From assembly GCA_017632855.1 (NCBI GenBank), contig JAGBQM010000009.1:7082-71081 (forward strand): a DNA stretch of 64,000 bases. Reading direction: 5' to 3'. This document shows positions 37,989 to 47,580 of the stretch, one piece after another; positions within the stretch are counted from its first letter, which is position 1; each line of letters begins with the position of its first letter. This DNA is from Aeriscardovia sp. Its GTDB lineage: Bacteria; Actinomycetota; Actinomycetes; Actinomycetales; Bifidobacteriaceae. A program made the position numbers and the translations under genes. The notes beneath the pieces are model-generated. The model saw only the letters and a program-made list of their open reading frames with translations, was not told where the DNA came from and did not search any database.

Positions 37989-39436
37989 CCCACGGCTCCT
38001 TCCATTTGAAGCTCTATCAGCCGGTTAAGTTCCAGGGCGTACTCCATGGGAAGCTCGTTTGACACCGGCTCTATAAACCCGCGCACTATCATGGCCGAGG
38101 CTTCCTTTTCCTCAATTCCACGGGATCTGAGGTAGAAAAGCTGGTCGGAAGATATCTTGGAAACCGTAGCCTCGTGGCTCATTTCCACGCGGTTTTCGGA
38201 GATGTCCATGGTGGGGAAAGTGTCGGAGCGGGAAATTTCATCCACAAGCAAGGTGTCGCAGCTTACGGAAGACTTGCACTCGTCTGCCCCCTTCACTATC
38301 TTTACAAGCCCCCTGTAAGCGCATCTTCCCCCGCCTCTGGAGATCGACTTTGCCACTATGGTGGAAGAAGTGCGGGGAGCCAGATGAATCATTTTCGCTC
38401 CGGTGTCCTGCCACTGCCCGTTTCCGGCCAGGGATAAGGAAAGAACCGATCCCTTTGCTCCGGGTTCGGTCAGCACGCATGAGGGGTATTTCATGGTGGT
38501 CTTCGACCCTATATTGCCGTCGACCCATTCCATCTCCCCTCCCGCTTTTACGATGGCCCTTTGGGTGGTGAGGTTGTAAACGTTAGTCGACCAGTTCTGA
38601 ATAGTGGTGTAGCGGCATTTGGCTCCGCGCTCCACTATTATTTCCACCACGGCCGCGTGAAGGGAGTCGGTGGCGTAAATCGGAGCCGTGCAGCCCTCTA
38701 CGTAGTGCACGTACGAGTCTTCGTCGGCTATGATCAGGGTTCTTTCAAACTGGCCCATATTGGGAGTGTTTATCCTAAAGTAGGCCTGAAGGGGTATAGA
38801 CACTTCCACCCCCTTGGGAACGTATACGAAAGACCCTCCGCTCCATGCCGCGGTGTTCAGGGAGGCGAATTTATTGTCGTCTGGTCCCACCACGGTTCCG
38901 AAGTACTTTTTGAAAAGTTCGGGATGCTCTTTAAGGGCGGTGTCGGTATCCAGAAAGATTACTCCCTTTTCAGCAAGTTCCTTTCGGATGGAGTTGTAGA
39001 CCACTTCGGATTCGTACTGGGCGGCAACTCCCGCTACAAGCCTCTTTTTTTCCGCTTCCGGGATGCCGAGTTTCTCGTAGGTATCCCTTATGTTTTCCGG
39101 AACTTCCCCCCACGAATCCGCCACCCCTTCGGAGGCCTTTACGTAGTACTTGAACTCATCGAAGTCCAGTTCTGAAATATCCGCCCCCCAGTCGGGTATG
39201 GGCTTTTTGGCAAACGCCCTGTAGGCCCTGAGGCGGATTTCCAGCATCCATTCAGGCTCGCCTTTGCCTTTGGAAATGCGACTTACGGTTTCTTCGTCTA
39301 TCCCCCTGGGCGCCAGCCGCCCTTCGAGGTCCGCGTCATGCCATCCGTAACCGTAATCTCCAAATTGGGAAATCAAACGGTTGTCCTGTTCGAGTTTTTC
39401 GGGATTTACTTTTTTCCCCGAAGGGCTGGGATCCAT
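37985..39436 (-). CDS. sufB: Fe-S cluster assembly protein SufB
   Basis: 483 aa with highly conserved SufB blocks ([32 protein letters not shown]). Confidence 0.95.
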   Translation of the reverse strand: MDPSPSGKKVNPEKLEQDNRLISQFGDYGYGWHDADLEGRLAPRGIDEETVSRISKGKGEPEWMLEIRLRAYRAFAKKPIPDWGADISELDFDEFKYYVKASEGVADSWGEVPENIRDTYEKLGIPEAEKKRLVAGVAAQYESEVVYNSIRKELAEKGVIFLDTDTALKEHPELFKKYFGTVVGPDDNKFASLNTAAWSGGSFVYVPKGVEVSIPLQAYFRINTPNMGQFERTLIIADEDSYVHYVEGCTAPIYATDSLHAAVVEIIVERGAKCRYTTIQNWSTNVYNLTTQRAIVKAGGEMEWVDGNIGSKTTMKYPSCVLTEPGAKGSVLSLSLAGNGQWQDTGAKMIHLAPRTSSTIVAKSISRGGGRCAYRGLVKIVKGADECKSSVSCDTLLVDEISRSDTFPTMDISENRVEMSHEATVSKISSDQLFYLRSRGIEEKEASAMIVRGFIEPVSNELPMEYALELNRLIELQMEGAVG

Positions 39437-39461
39437 TTTTTTCCTTAGGGTTGTTGAGGCT

Positions 39462-41114
39462 TTACTTTTCTTCCCTCTCTTTTTTGTGCTCTATGGCCGC
39501 TTCCACAAGGCCTTTAAAGAGGGGGTGGGGAGCGTAGGGCCGGCTCTTCATTTCAGGATGGGCCTGGGTTGAAACATAGAAGAGGTTTCCTGTAACTTCC
39601 GCAAATTCGGCCAGCTCCCCGTCGGGGCTGGTGCCCGAAATGGTCAGGCCCGCTTCTTCCAGGGGCTCCTTGTAAGCGGAATTTACTTCGTACCTGTGCC
39701 TGTGCCTCTCGGTGATGTTTTTCTGCCCGTAAAGGGAATAGGCCTTGGTGCCCTCTTTCAGCACCGCAGGGTAGCTTCCAAGGCGCATGGTGTGGCCCAT
39801 GTCCTTGTTTCCGGCTATCACGGCCTTTTGCTCTTCCATAGTGGCTATGACGGGGTTTGAAGTGCCGGGATCAAACTCTGTGGAGGAAGCGTCTTTGAGG
39901 CCCAAAACGTCTCTGGCGTACTCGATTACCATGCACTGGAGCCCAAGGCAGATCCCGAGGGCGGGGAAGTTGTTTTCCCTTGCCCACTTCAGGGTCCTTA
40001 TCATCCCGTCGACGGCCCTCTTTCCGAATCCTCCCGGGATTATCAGGCCGTCGCAGCCTTTAAGAAGCGATGCGATCTTTTTTTCGTCCGTGCATTCGTC
40101 GGCATCCACCCAGCGGATTTTGGCGTTCACCCTTTCCCCGAATCCCGCGGCTTTCACGGATTCGACTACCGACAGGTACGCGTCGGGCAGATCTACGTAT
40201 TTGCCCACTATCGCGATTTCAACCGAGCCCTTGAGGTTGGAGATGGCTTCCATGAGGTTGGCCCACTCTCCCCACTCTATTTCATGGGCCTTCAGCCCCA
40301 GCCTCTTTATAACGAAAGAGTCCAGCCCCTCTTCGTGGAGCTGCTTGGGAACCATGTAAATATTGTCGGCGTCAGGGCAGGAAATCACTCCGTCCCTTTC
40401 AACTCTGCACATAGCCGCCACTTTATCCTTTATGGATTCCGGAAGGGCCGTTTCGGAGCGAAGCACTATGGAGTCGGGGCTCACCCCTTCTTGCCTCAAA
40501 AGCATCACCGCCTGCTGGGTGGGCTTGGTCTTAAACTCCTTGGGCGCTTTGAGGTAGGGGACGAGGGAGACTACGATGACCATGCAGTTTTTCTGCCCAA
40601 TCTCATGGCATACCTGCCCTGCCGCCTCCATGAAGGCAAGAGACTCGATGTCGCCTATGGTGCCTCCGATTTCGGTAATGATGACGTCGACGTCGTCTCC
40701 GGCCTGGGAGCGCATCCTGCGCTTTATTTCGTCAGTGACGTGGGGAATGACCTGTACGCATTCTCCGAGATACTCTCCGGCCCTCTCTTTTCTAATCACT
40801 TCCTGGTAAATCTGGCCTGAGCTTACGGAGGCATTCTGGGAAAGGGGGATGCCTAAAAATCTTTCGTAGTGACCGAGATCCAAATCGGTTTCAGCCCCGT
40901 CTTCCGTCACATACACTTCTCCGTGCTGGAAGGGGTTCATGGTTCCCGGATCCACGTTCATATAGGGATCCATTTTCTGTTGTAAAACTCTTAGGCCCCG
41001 GCTGCGCAGGAGCCTGCCCAGAGAGGAAGAGGTAATGCCCTTTCCAAGGGAAGACGCGACTCCGCCTATTACAAAAATTTGCTTAGTTATATGACCACTG
41101 TTTTGTGCAACCAT
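39462..41114 (-). CDS. pyrG: CTP synthase
   Basis: [15 protein letters not shown]-terminus and a GATase domain with GICLGLQ. Confidence 0.96.
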   Translation of the reverse strand: MVAQNSGHITKQIFVIGGVASSLGKGITSSSLGRLLRSRGLRVLQQKMDPYMNVDPGTMNPFQHGEVYVTEDGAETDLDLGHYERFLGIPLSQNASVSSGQIYQEVIRKERAGEYLGECVQVIPHVTDEIKRRMRSQAGDDVDVIITEIGGTIGDIESLAFMEAAGQVCHEIGQKNCMVIVVSLVPYLKAPKEFKTKPTQQAVMLLRQEGVSPDSIVLRSETALPESIKDKVAAMCRVERDGVISCPDADNIYMVPKQLHEEGLDSFVIKRLGLKAHEIEWGEWANLMEAISNLKGSVEIAIVGKYVDLPDAYLSVVESVKAAGFGERVNAKIRWVDADECTDEKKIASLLKGCDGLIIPGGFGKRAVDGMIRTLKWARENNFPALGICLGLQCMVIEYARDVLGLKDASSTEFDPGTSNPVIATMEEQKAVIAGNKDMGHTMRLGSYPAVLKEGTKAYSLYGQKNITERHRHRYEVNSAYKEPLEEAGLTISGTSPDGELAEFAEVTGNLFYVSTQAHPEMKSRPYAPHPLFKGLVEAAIEHKKEREEK

Positions 41115-41148
41115 GGAATTTCATTCTAGCATCAGGCCGGGATCATTT

Positions 41149-42423
41149 TTAAACGGAAGGATGGGCGGCCTGCCACTTTTCGTACTCTGACTTGTAAACC
41201 TGAAATTGTTGCTCGCTGTCGGTAAAGTAAGTTTCCCCCGTATCGAGGTTTACGGTCACAAAGTAAATCCAGTTTCCGGGAGTCGGGTTCAAAGCCGCCT
41301 TTATCATTTCAGGGCCGGGATTTGCTATGGGGGTGGGGGGAAGGCCCTGGTGAAGCCTGTCGTTGTAGGGATTGGAAGCGTTGGTAAGCATGGACTCGGT
41401 AAGGTCTTTTGCCTGCACTCCGAATCCGTAGGCTATGACGCTGTCCATGCCGAGGACCATGTGCTGTGAAAGCCTGTTGTAGATTACCCTAGACACTTTC
41501 CCGTAGTACTGCTGCTGGTTTACTTCCTGGCCTATTATGGAGGCTATTTTAAGTATTTTTTCCCTCTCCTCTCCCTGGGGGACGCCCAGCGAATTTAGGG
41601 ATGAAATCCTGGCGTCCACCATGGCCTTAAGAAGTTGAGAAGGGTTCGAATAGCTCTTGGGATCGTAGGTTCCGGGTTCCAGCCACCCTTCAAAGCTTCC
41701 GTCGGCTTCCGGGGGCAGTATTCCCTTTCCCCCGCCGTTCAAGGCGGCTTCTATTTCGGGTTTGGTCCATGAAGTGTAGTTGAGCAGGACGGGAATTATG
41801 TCCGAAGCCCTCATGGAATTTGTAAACACCAGCATTCCCATGGCCTTGGAAGGATCGGTGATGATGGAAAGCACTTCGTTAGAGCTCATTTTGTACTTGA
41901 GGGCGAAAGTGCCGGGCTGAAGGTCCTGGCCGTCGTTACTGGCCTCCACCGCGCTTACAAACCCGTTTTCCGAGGCTACGATTCCGGCTTTCACTAGGCC
42001 CTGGGCCACTTGGCTCGTTCCCTCGCCCGGGTTTATGGTGAAGTTTACCGAACCGTATCCCGGCCCCGGATAATCAGACTCCACGGCGTTTCCAAACCAG
42101 GAAAAAAATCCGCCGCTAAAGCGGGTAGTGGCGATCCCGCCCGCGACAATCACCATGGCGAAAACGAAAGAGATTATGCAAATCGTTATGATTTTCTTTT
42201 TCTTCGCCTTTTTGTCGCGCCTTCTTTCCCGGCGGCTGAGGGTCAGGCCGGATTGGATTCCGGCTTCCCTTTCAAAAAGCTGGAAGTCGTCTAGGGCCTC
42301 ACCTTCTTCCTCCTCTTCCGGTTCCTGGGGCAGGGGCTCTTCTTGCGCCTTTTGCTCTCCTTGCTGGGGGCTTGGGGCTTCTTCCCTTTCTTCCTTTTCA
42401 GGCTCTCTGTCCGGGATCTCCAC
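41149..42423 (-). CDS. mltG: endolytic murein transglycosylase MltG (YceG-like)
   Basis: Charged N-terminus, one TM and a YceG domain. Conserved position after ruvX. Confidence 0.85.
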   Translation of the reverse strand: MEIPDREPEKEEREEAPSPQQGEQKAQEEPLPQEPEEEEEGEALDDFQLFEREAGIQSGLTLSRRERRRDKKAKKKKIITICIISFVFAMVIVAGGIATTRFSGGFFSWFGNAVESDYPGPGYGSVNFTINPGEGTSQVAQGLVKAGIVASENGFVSAVEASNDGQDLQPGTFALKYKMSSNEVLSIITDPSKAMGMLVFTNSMRASDIIPVLLNYTSWTKPEIEAALNGGGKGILPPEADGSFEGWLEPGTYDPKSYSNPSQLLKAMVDARISSLNSLGVPQGEEREKILKIASIIGQEVNQQQYYGKVSRVIYNRLSQHMVLGMDSVIAYGFGVQAKDLTESMLTNASNPYNDRLHQGLPPTPIANPGPEMIKAALNPTPGNWIYFVTVNLDTGETYFTDSEQQFQVYKSEYEKWQAAHPSV

Positions 42424-42844
42424 TTTCCCCTACCCCTTCCTTTTCCATCGCAGACTGCAGGATCATGACGGCCGAAAGCTGATCTACCACCCTCATGTGC
42501 TTTTTGGCCCTCATTCCAAGGGACTCAAGTTCTTTGTGGGCCCCCGCAGTAGTAAGCCTTTCATCGTTCATTACCACCCTGCAGGAAAGCCTTTTTTCAA
42601 GGGCTTTTTTCCAACGCAGGGCCGTTTTTGCAGAGGGGCCGGCGGAGCCGTCCATGTTCAAGGGGAGGCCTACGGCTACAAGCCGCACTCCGTTTTCCCG
42701 GGCTATCCGGGCAATCTCATCCAGAGCGAAAAAAGGATCGCCTTCCACGTTTACGGTCCTTAAAGGCCAGGCCAGATGGGCTTCGCTTTCCCCCAGGGCC
42801 AGCCCGATGCGCCTGCGTCCTAAATCGACCCCCATGCATTTCAT
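42398..42844 (-). CDS. ruvX: Holliday-junction-resolvase-like nuclease RuvX (YqgF)
   Basis: MGVDLGRRRIGLALGE N-terminus. 4-nt overlap with alaS. Confidence 0.9.
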   Translation of the reverse strand: MKCMGVDLGRRRIGLALGESEAHLAWPLRTVNVEGDPFFALDEIARIARENGVRLVAVGLPLNMDGSAGPSAKTALRWKKALEKRLSCRVVMNDERLTTAGAHKELESLGMRAKKHMRVVDQLSAVMILQSAMEKEGVGESGDPGQRA

Positions 42845-45498
42845 TCGGTTTTAGCGTCCAACACTTTCCAGACGGCCTTAACGCCCTCTTGGACGTTTTG
42901 GTTTTCTTTGCCTCCTCCTTGGGCGAAGGAAGCGCTCCCGCCGCCTCCGCCTTTTATGGCGGTGCAAAAGGCCTTTACAAGATCGTTTGCCTTAATCCCT
43001 TTGGCCACCTCCATCTTGTTGGAGGCCGCCACCACTATGGGGGCGGAGAGGGAGATGCCGTACAAAAAGCAGCAAGCCGGCCTGTCCTGGATTTTTGACA
43101 TGAGGCTCGTGGCGGCCTTTCTGAGGAGGTCTATGGAAACGTCTTGGCCCATGTCTTCTACGTAAACGCTCTTTCCCGAAGCCGCCAGATCCTTTATCTT
43201 CGCCTCCACTTTTTCCTCTTTAAAGCCCGAAAGCTCTTTTTGCGCGCTTCTAAGGCTTGAAAGCAACGTGGAAGCCTTGGTCTCAAGTTCCTGGGGCAGG
43301 CAGCTCATGGATGCGGCCAGGTTCTTTACCGTCCGGTGGTTCAAATGGTTCTGAAGGTAGGCCTTCTTTCCAACGAATGCGTCTATCCTCCTGATGCCGG
43401 CCCCGTTCGAAAATTCGGAGACTATGATGAACTGCCCCGCCTTTCCCGTGGAAGAAAGGTGGGTTCCTCCGCACAGCTCTTTGCTCCAGCCGTCTTCTCC
43501 GATGGATACCACCCGTACTATGGGCGAATACTTGTCGGAAAACAGGTGCATGGCCCCCTGTTCTATGGCCTTTTCGAGAGGCATCTGTTCGGCTTTGACG
43601 GGCAGGTCTTCCATTATTTTCATATTTACCATCTCTTCTATGGCAAACAGCTCTTCTTTGGAGGGCGCCCTGTCCGACTTGTAGTCAAAGCTTAAGTAGT
43701 CTGCATCCACCACGCTTCCGCTTTGGACCGCTTCAGGCCCCAAAACTTCCCTTATGGACTGGTGGAGGATGTGGGTGGCGGTGTGGGATCTGGCCAGAGC
43801 CCGCCTCCTTTCCTCTTCCACCAAAGTGTCTACCTTCTGGCCTACGCGGACTTCGCCTTCTTCCACCCTGCAGTGGTGGACGGTCAGGCCTTTTACCGGC
43901 TGCTGTACGTCCAAAACTTCGCATACCCCGGTGGGAGAGACTATCTCCCCCCTGTCGGCCAGCTGCCCTCCCCTTTCAAAGTAAAAGCTGGAAGAGTCAA
44001 GGATGAGATCCGCGCTGTCCCCCTTGCAGGCCTTTTCTACGGGGCCTTTTTCAGAGAGTATTTCCAAAATGACGCCGGGAGAGGAAAGGGTTTCATAACC
44101 CATGAACTTCTGCTCCTCTTTCAGCCTCTTTTTAGCCTCGTCATAGACTGCTACGTCCACATTGCGCCTTTTTGTCACGGCATCCTGGCGCGCCCGGCCC
44201 TTTTGAATGGCCATTTGGGCCTTAAAGCCCTCTTCGTCTACGCCCAGCCCGCTTTCTTTTGCGATTTCCCGGGTCAGCTCTATGGGAAAGCCGAAGGTGT
44301 CGTGCAGCTGGAAAGCCGCCTTTCCGTCAATTCTTTCCTTCTTTTCCGCCTTCGCGGTTTGGATGGCGGAAGATAGCATGTCGCTTCCCCTCTCCAAAGT
44401 GCGCCTGAATATTTCCTCTTCCTTTTCGGCCTCGGCCTGAATGGAGGAAATCTTTTTCTCCAGTTGCGGGTACTCTCCTTTCATCGCCTTTTGCGACACT
44501 TCCATGAGTTCGGGCAAAAGCACCCTGTCGGGGGCTCCAAGAAGAGCAAGGGACCTTATAGAGCGCCTCAAAAGCCTTCTGAGCACGTATCCTCTCGCCA
44601 GGTTTGACGGCTTAACCCCGTCTGCCATTATCATCATGGCGCTTCTGACGTGATCGGCCACAATGCGCATATGGGTATCGGAAAGGGGGTCGGATCCGTA
44701 GCGTTTTCCGGAAAGCAGCTCGCAAGCCTCTATTACGGGAAACACCTCGTCTATTTCGTATATGTTCTTTTTCCCGTTAAGAAGGTAGCTGAGCCTTTCA
44801 AGGCCCATACCCGTGTCTATGTTTTTATTCTTAAGCTCTCCGGCTATATGGAGGTTGGTCTTGGACTGCACATTGTCGACTTCATAGTTCTCAAATACCA
44901 AATCCCAAATCTCAATGTAGCGCCTGTCGTTTCCGGCGGGCCCCGTGGCTTCTCCGTACTCAGGGCCCTGATCCAAAAAGATCTCAGAGCAGGGGCCTCC
45001 GGGCCCCGGGCCGCCCGTAGTCCAAAAGTTGTCTTCCATCCCAAGGCTCTGGATATGGCTTTCTTCTACCCCCAGGCTTTCCCATATTTCCTTTGACTCT
45101 TCATCGTCCTTAAAGACGGTGATAAAGAGCCTGTCCCCCTCTATTCCGTATCCCCCTTCTTCCCTGGGAGAGGTCAAAAGATCCCATGCCCAGCCTATGG
45201 CCTCTTTTTTGAAGTAGTCTCCAAAAGAGAAGTTTCCCAGCATTTGAAAGAAGGTGCCGTGGCGGGTAGTCTTGCCCACTTCGTCTATGTCCAAGGTCCT
45301 TACGCACTTTTGCAGACTGGCCATTCTCTTGGATTCCGGCTTTTCTTCCCCTAAAAGGTAAGGTATGAAAGGAATCATGCCTGCGATTGTAAAAAGCGTC
45401 GTGGGGTTGGATGACACTAAAGAGGCCGAGGGTTTCACAAGGTGCCCGCGCTTTTCAAAATAATTTAAAAATCTGTCTGCGATTTCGCTTGTCTTCAT
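42841..45498 (-). CDS. alaS: alanyl-tRNA synthetase
   Basis: 885 aa. Class II core, editing-domain HxxxH (HTATHILH) and C-terminal DHHA1. Confidence 0.96.
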   Translation of the reverse strand: MKTSEIADRFLNYFEKRGHLVKPSASLVSSNPTTLFTIAGMIPFIPYLLGEEKPESKRMASLQKCVRTLDIDEVGKTTRHGTFFQMLGNFSFGDYFKKEAIGWAWDLLTSPREEGGYGIEGDRLFITVFKDDEESKEIWESLGVEESHIQSLGMEDNFWTTGGPGPGGPCSEIFLDQGPEYGEATGPAGNDRRYIEIWDLVFENYEVDNVQSKTNLHIAGELKNKNIDTGMGLERLSYLLNGKKNIYEIDEVFPVIEACELLSGKRYGSDPLSDTHMRIVADHVRSAMMIMADGVKPSNLARGYVLRRLLRRSIRSLALLGAPDRVLLPELMEVSQKAMKGEYPQLEKKISSIQAEAEKEEEIFRRTLERGSDMLSSAIQTAKAEKKERIDGKAAFQLHDTFGFPIELTREIAKESGLGVDEEGFKAQMAIQKGRARQDAVTKRRNVDVAVYDEAKKRLKEEQKFMGYETLSSPGVILEILSEKGPVEKACKGDSADLILDSSSFYFERGGQLADRGEIVSPTGVCEVLDVQQPVKGLTVHHCRVEEGEVRVGQKVDTLVEEERRRALARSHTATHILHQSIREVLGPEAVQSGSVVDADYLSFDYKSDRAPSKEELFAIEEMVNMKIMEDLPVKAEQMPLEKAIEQGAMHLFSDKYSPIVRVVSIGEDGWSKELCGGTHLSSTGKAGQFIIVSEFSNGAGIRRIDAFVGKKAYLQNHLNHRTVKNLAASMSCLPQELETKASTLLSSLRSAQKELSGFKEEKVEAKIKDLAASGKSVYVEDMGQDVSIDLLRKAATSLMSKIQDRPACCFLYGISLSAPIVVAASNKMEVAKGIKANDLVKAFCTAIKGGGGGSASFAQGGGKENQNVQEGVKAVWKVLDAKTE

Positions 45499-45509
45499 AT
45501 AGGCTCCGG

Positions 45510-45734
45510 TTACTTATTCAAAAACTTGTCTACCAGTTGTTTTTCCTTTTCCTCCATGGTCATGGAAAATTCCTGCAAAAGGGCCTGCAGAGTGGTGGCG
45601 GGGAGGTTTTCTTCATCCGAAAACAGAAAAGACGAGGCCCCCTGAGGCAGCCTGTTTTTTACGTACGCCCTGGCTTTGGAAACCATAACGACCCCTATAG
45701 CGACCCCCAGGGAAAAGTAGAAGATTTTTTTCAC
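45510..45734 (-). CDS. small membrane-anchored protein (DUF6167-like)
   Basis: 74 aa with an N-terminal TM. 4-nt overlap with the upstream DUF948 gene. Confidence 0.5.
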   Translation of the reverse strand: MKKIFYFSLGVAIGVVMVSKARAYVKNRLPQGASSFLFSDEENLPATTLQALLQEFSMTMEEKEKQLVDKFLNK

Positions 45735-46120
45735 TTTTTCTCCTCCGAACCGGCCTTTTTATCCTTTCCCTTCTTCATGAAGGAAGCGGAGGTCTTCTTT
45801 AGGGCGTATAGGAAGGAGGCTGCCTTAATGATGGGCTTTCCAAGCAGGGAAGTGTAAAGGTTGCCCAGCGCGGCTGCGTTTTGGGCAGTGTACTTTACGG
45901 AGTCGGTTATGGAATTTACGTCCGCCAGGGTTTTGTTTATTTCGCCCACGGCCTCATTGCCCTGTTTTATAACGGGCTTCACTTCGTCTCCCGTGTCTTT
46001 GACGGTTTTTGCGATCGCATCAAAGAGGCGCCCTAAGCGCACCATGGGATAGATTAAAACGCCTGCGATTACGGCAAACGCTATAGCCGCTATAAGTCCC
46101 GCTATGGCGCCTACGCTCAT
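45731..46120 (-). CDS. DUF948 domain protein
   Basis: 129 aa with an N-terminal TM and a helical repeat region. Lies upstream of alaS as in other Actinomycetota. Confidence 0.7.
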   Translation of the reverse strand: MSVGAIAGLIAAIAFAVIAGVLIYPMVRLGRLFDAIAKTVKDTGDEVKPVIKQGNEAVGEINKTLADVNSITDSVKYTAQNAAALGNLYTSLLGKPIIKAASFLYALKKTSASFMKKGKDKKAGSEEKK

Positions 46121-46128
46121 AATTCCTC

Positions 46129-46785
46129 CTATTCCTGCAAGGCCTCAAAAGACAGGCAGCTTTCAAATTCTGCTTCAGTATCGAAAACGCACTTAAAAAT
46201 TTCCCCGTTGGAAGGGCGCTGCGCCCTTTGACTTCCATATTTTCTCAAAAGGTTCAGCATAGTAGACCCGTGCCCCACTTGGAGCACCGGGCCTTGAGGG
46301 TTCAAAGATTCCAGCCACAGGGCCGCTTCTCTGTACCCCTCCTCCATCCTTTTCCAGTATTCCATGCTCCCCTCGGCATCAGAGAAAGGATCCGCCTCTT
46401 TGAGGAGGTTCATGGCCCCGTCTTCCCCGCACTTTTCCAAGGCCTCTTTAAACGTTCGGATTCCTTTTTTGGCTCCTGCCATTATCCACGCTTGTGAGGC
46501 GTCAAATCCTTCAAAAAAACCGAAAAATTCTTCCCTTAGGCCTTTAAAGCTTTTGACGGGGACGTTTAACCCCATGCAGGAAAGTTCTATTTTCAAGCTG
46601 TCCTGGGCGCGCCTGAGATCGGAAGAAAAAGCCGCGCAGAATCCGGCCCCCTTCATCATTTCGGCTGCGCCTCTGCACTGCTCTTCGCCTTCCGGGGTGA
46701 GCGGAGCTTCGCTCCAGCCCTGAAGCCTTCCATAGCGGTTGAAATAGGTCTGGCCGTGACGGACCATGTACAGGCGTACTTTCAT
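46129..46785 (-). CDS. histidine phosphatase (phosphoglycerate-mutase-like) family protein
   Basis: RHG catalytic motif (LYMVRHGQT). I chose the ATG at 46785 because the ORF-track start at 46809 would overlap the rpsD terminator hairpin. Confidence 0.8.
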   Translation of the reverse strand: MKVRLYMVRHGQTYFNRYGRLQGWSEAPLTPEGEEQCRGAAEMMKGAGFCAAFSSDLRRAQDSLKIELSCMGLNVPVKSFKGLREEFFGFFEGFDASQAWIMAGAKKGIRTFKEALEKCGEDGAMNLLKEADPFSDAEGSMEYWKRMEEGYREAALWLESLNPQGPVLQVGHGSTMLNLLRKYGSQRAQRPSNGEIFKCVFDTEAEFESCLSFEALQE

Positions 46786-46792
46786 GTATTCG

Positions 46793-46798
46793 ATTATA
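46793..46798 (-). promoter_or_regulatory. -10 box TATAAT 7 nt upstream of the phosphatase ATG (leaderless-type start)
   Basis: Minus strand reads TATAAT-cgaatac-ATG, with no SD. Confidence 0.45.
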
Positions 46799-46803
46799 AA
46801 TAA

Positions 46804-46823
46804 TGGCATCCCTTAGGATGCCA
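46804..46823 (-). terminator. rho-independent terminator of rpsD
   Basis: 8-bp stem TGGCATCC / GGATGCCA with a 4-nt loop, 18 nt after the rpsD stop. On the minus strand it is followed by TTATTTAT. Confidence 0.65.
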
Positions 46824-46840
46824 TTTGAAAGGTCTATAGC

Positions 46841-47467
46841 CTACCTTGCGTAGTACTCAACCACGTACTGGATATTTACCTGAATCGGAACGCTGGCGGC
46901 GTCGGGAACGCTGACCAAAGTGGCCTTGAGCTGGGCGAGGTTCGCGTCGAGGTATCCCGGGACCTTGGGGAGGACTTCCTGGTTTACCCCTTCGGCTGCG
47001 GCCCTGAAGGGGGAAATGAGCTGGCTCTTGGGCTTTACCTGTATTACCTGGCCCGGCTTTACCCTGTAGCTGGGCCTGTCGACTATGGAGCCGTCCACCA
47101 AAATGTGGCGGTGGTCTACGAACTGCCTGGCCTGGGCCATGGTTCTGGCGAAAGTGGCCCTGAGGACGAGGGAGTCCAGCCTAGACTCAAGGGAGGCTAT
47201 CATGGCTTCGCCTGTCTGGCCCTTGGTGTGGGTGGCCTTCTTGTAAACATCGGAAAGCTGCTTTTCCGACAAATCGTACTGGGCGCGAAGACGCTGCTTT
47301 TCCTTGAGACGGACGGCGTAATCGGATTCCGCCCTCTTCTTTCCCCTGCCGTGTTCGCCCGGCACATAGGGCCTTTTTTCAAAATACTTCTGAGCCTTGG
47401 GGGTCAGGGCTATTCCCAGGGCCCTTGAAAGACGCACTTGCCTGCGAGAACGCTGTATGCTAGTCAT
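46841..47467 (-). CDS. rpsD: 30S ribosomal protein S4
   Basis: 208 aa with the S4 N-terminal domain and the S4 RNA-binding domain (RLDSLVLRATFARTMAQARQFVDHRHILVDG). Confidence 0.95.
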   Translation of the reverse strand: MTSIQRSRRQVRLSRALGIALTPKAQKYFEKRPYVPGEHGRGKKRAESDYAVRLKEKQRLRAQYDLSEKQLSDVYKKATHTKGQTGEAMIASLESRLDSLVLRATFARTMAQARQFVDHRHILVDGSIVDRPSYRVKPGQVIQVKPKSQLISPFRAAAEGVNQEVLPKVPGYLDANLAQLKATLVSVPDAASVPIQVNIQYVVEYYAR

Positions 47468-47558
47468 CTATCCTCTTTCCGTCGTATAAAACGAACTGCA
47501 AATTGCTTCTGAGCCGGCCAACTTATGGGCTAAGGCTCCGGACGGTAAGTCGAGTGAC

Positions 47559-47564
47559 ATTCTA
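47559..47564 (-). promoter_or_regulatory. candidate -10 box (TAGAAT) for rpsD, implying a leader of roughly 85 nt
   Basis: Minus strand reads gcctgTAGAATgtcac, 17 nt after the pcrA stop. Confidence 0.35.
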
Positions 47565-47580
47565 CAGGCTTTTTTAGACA

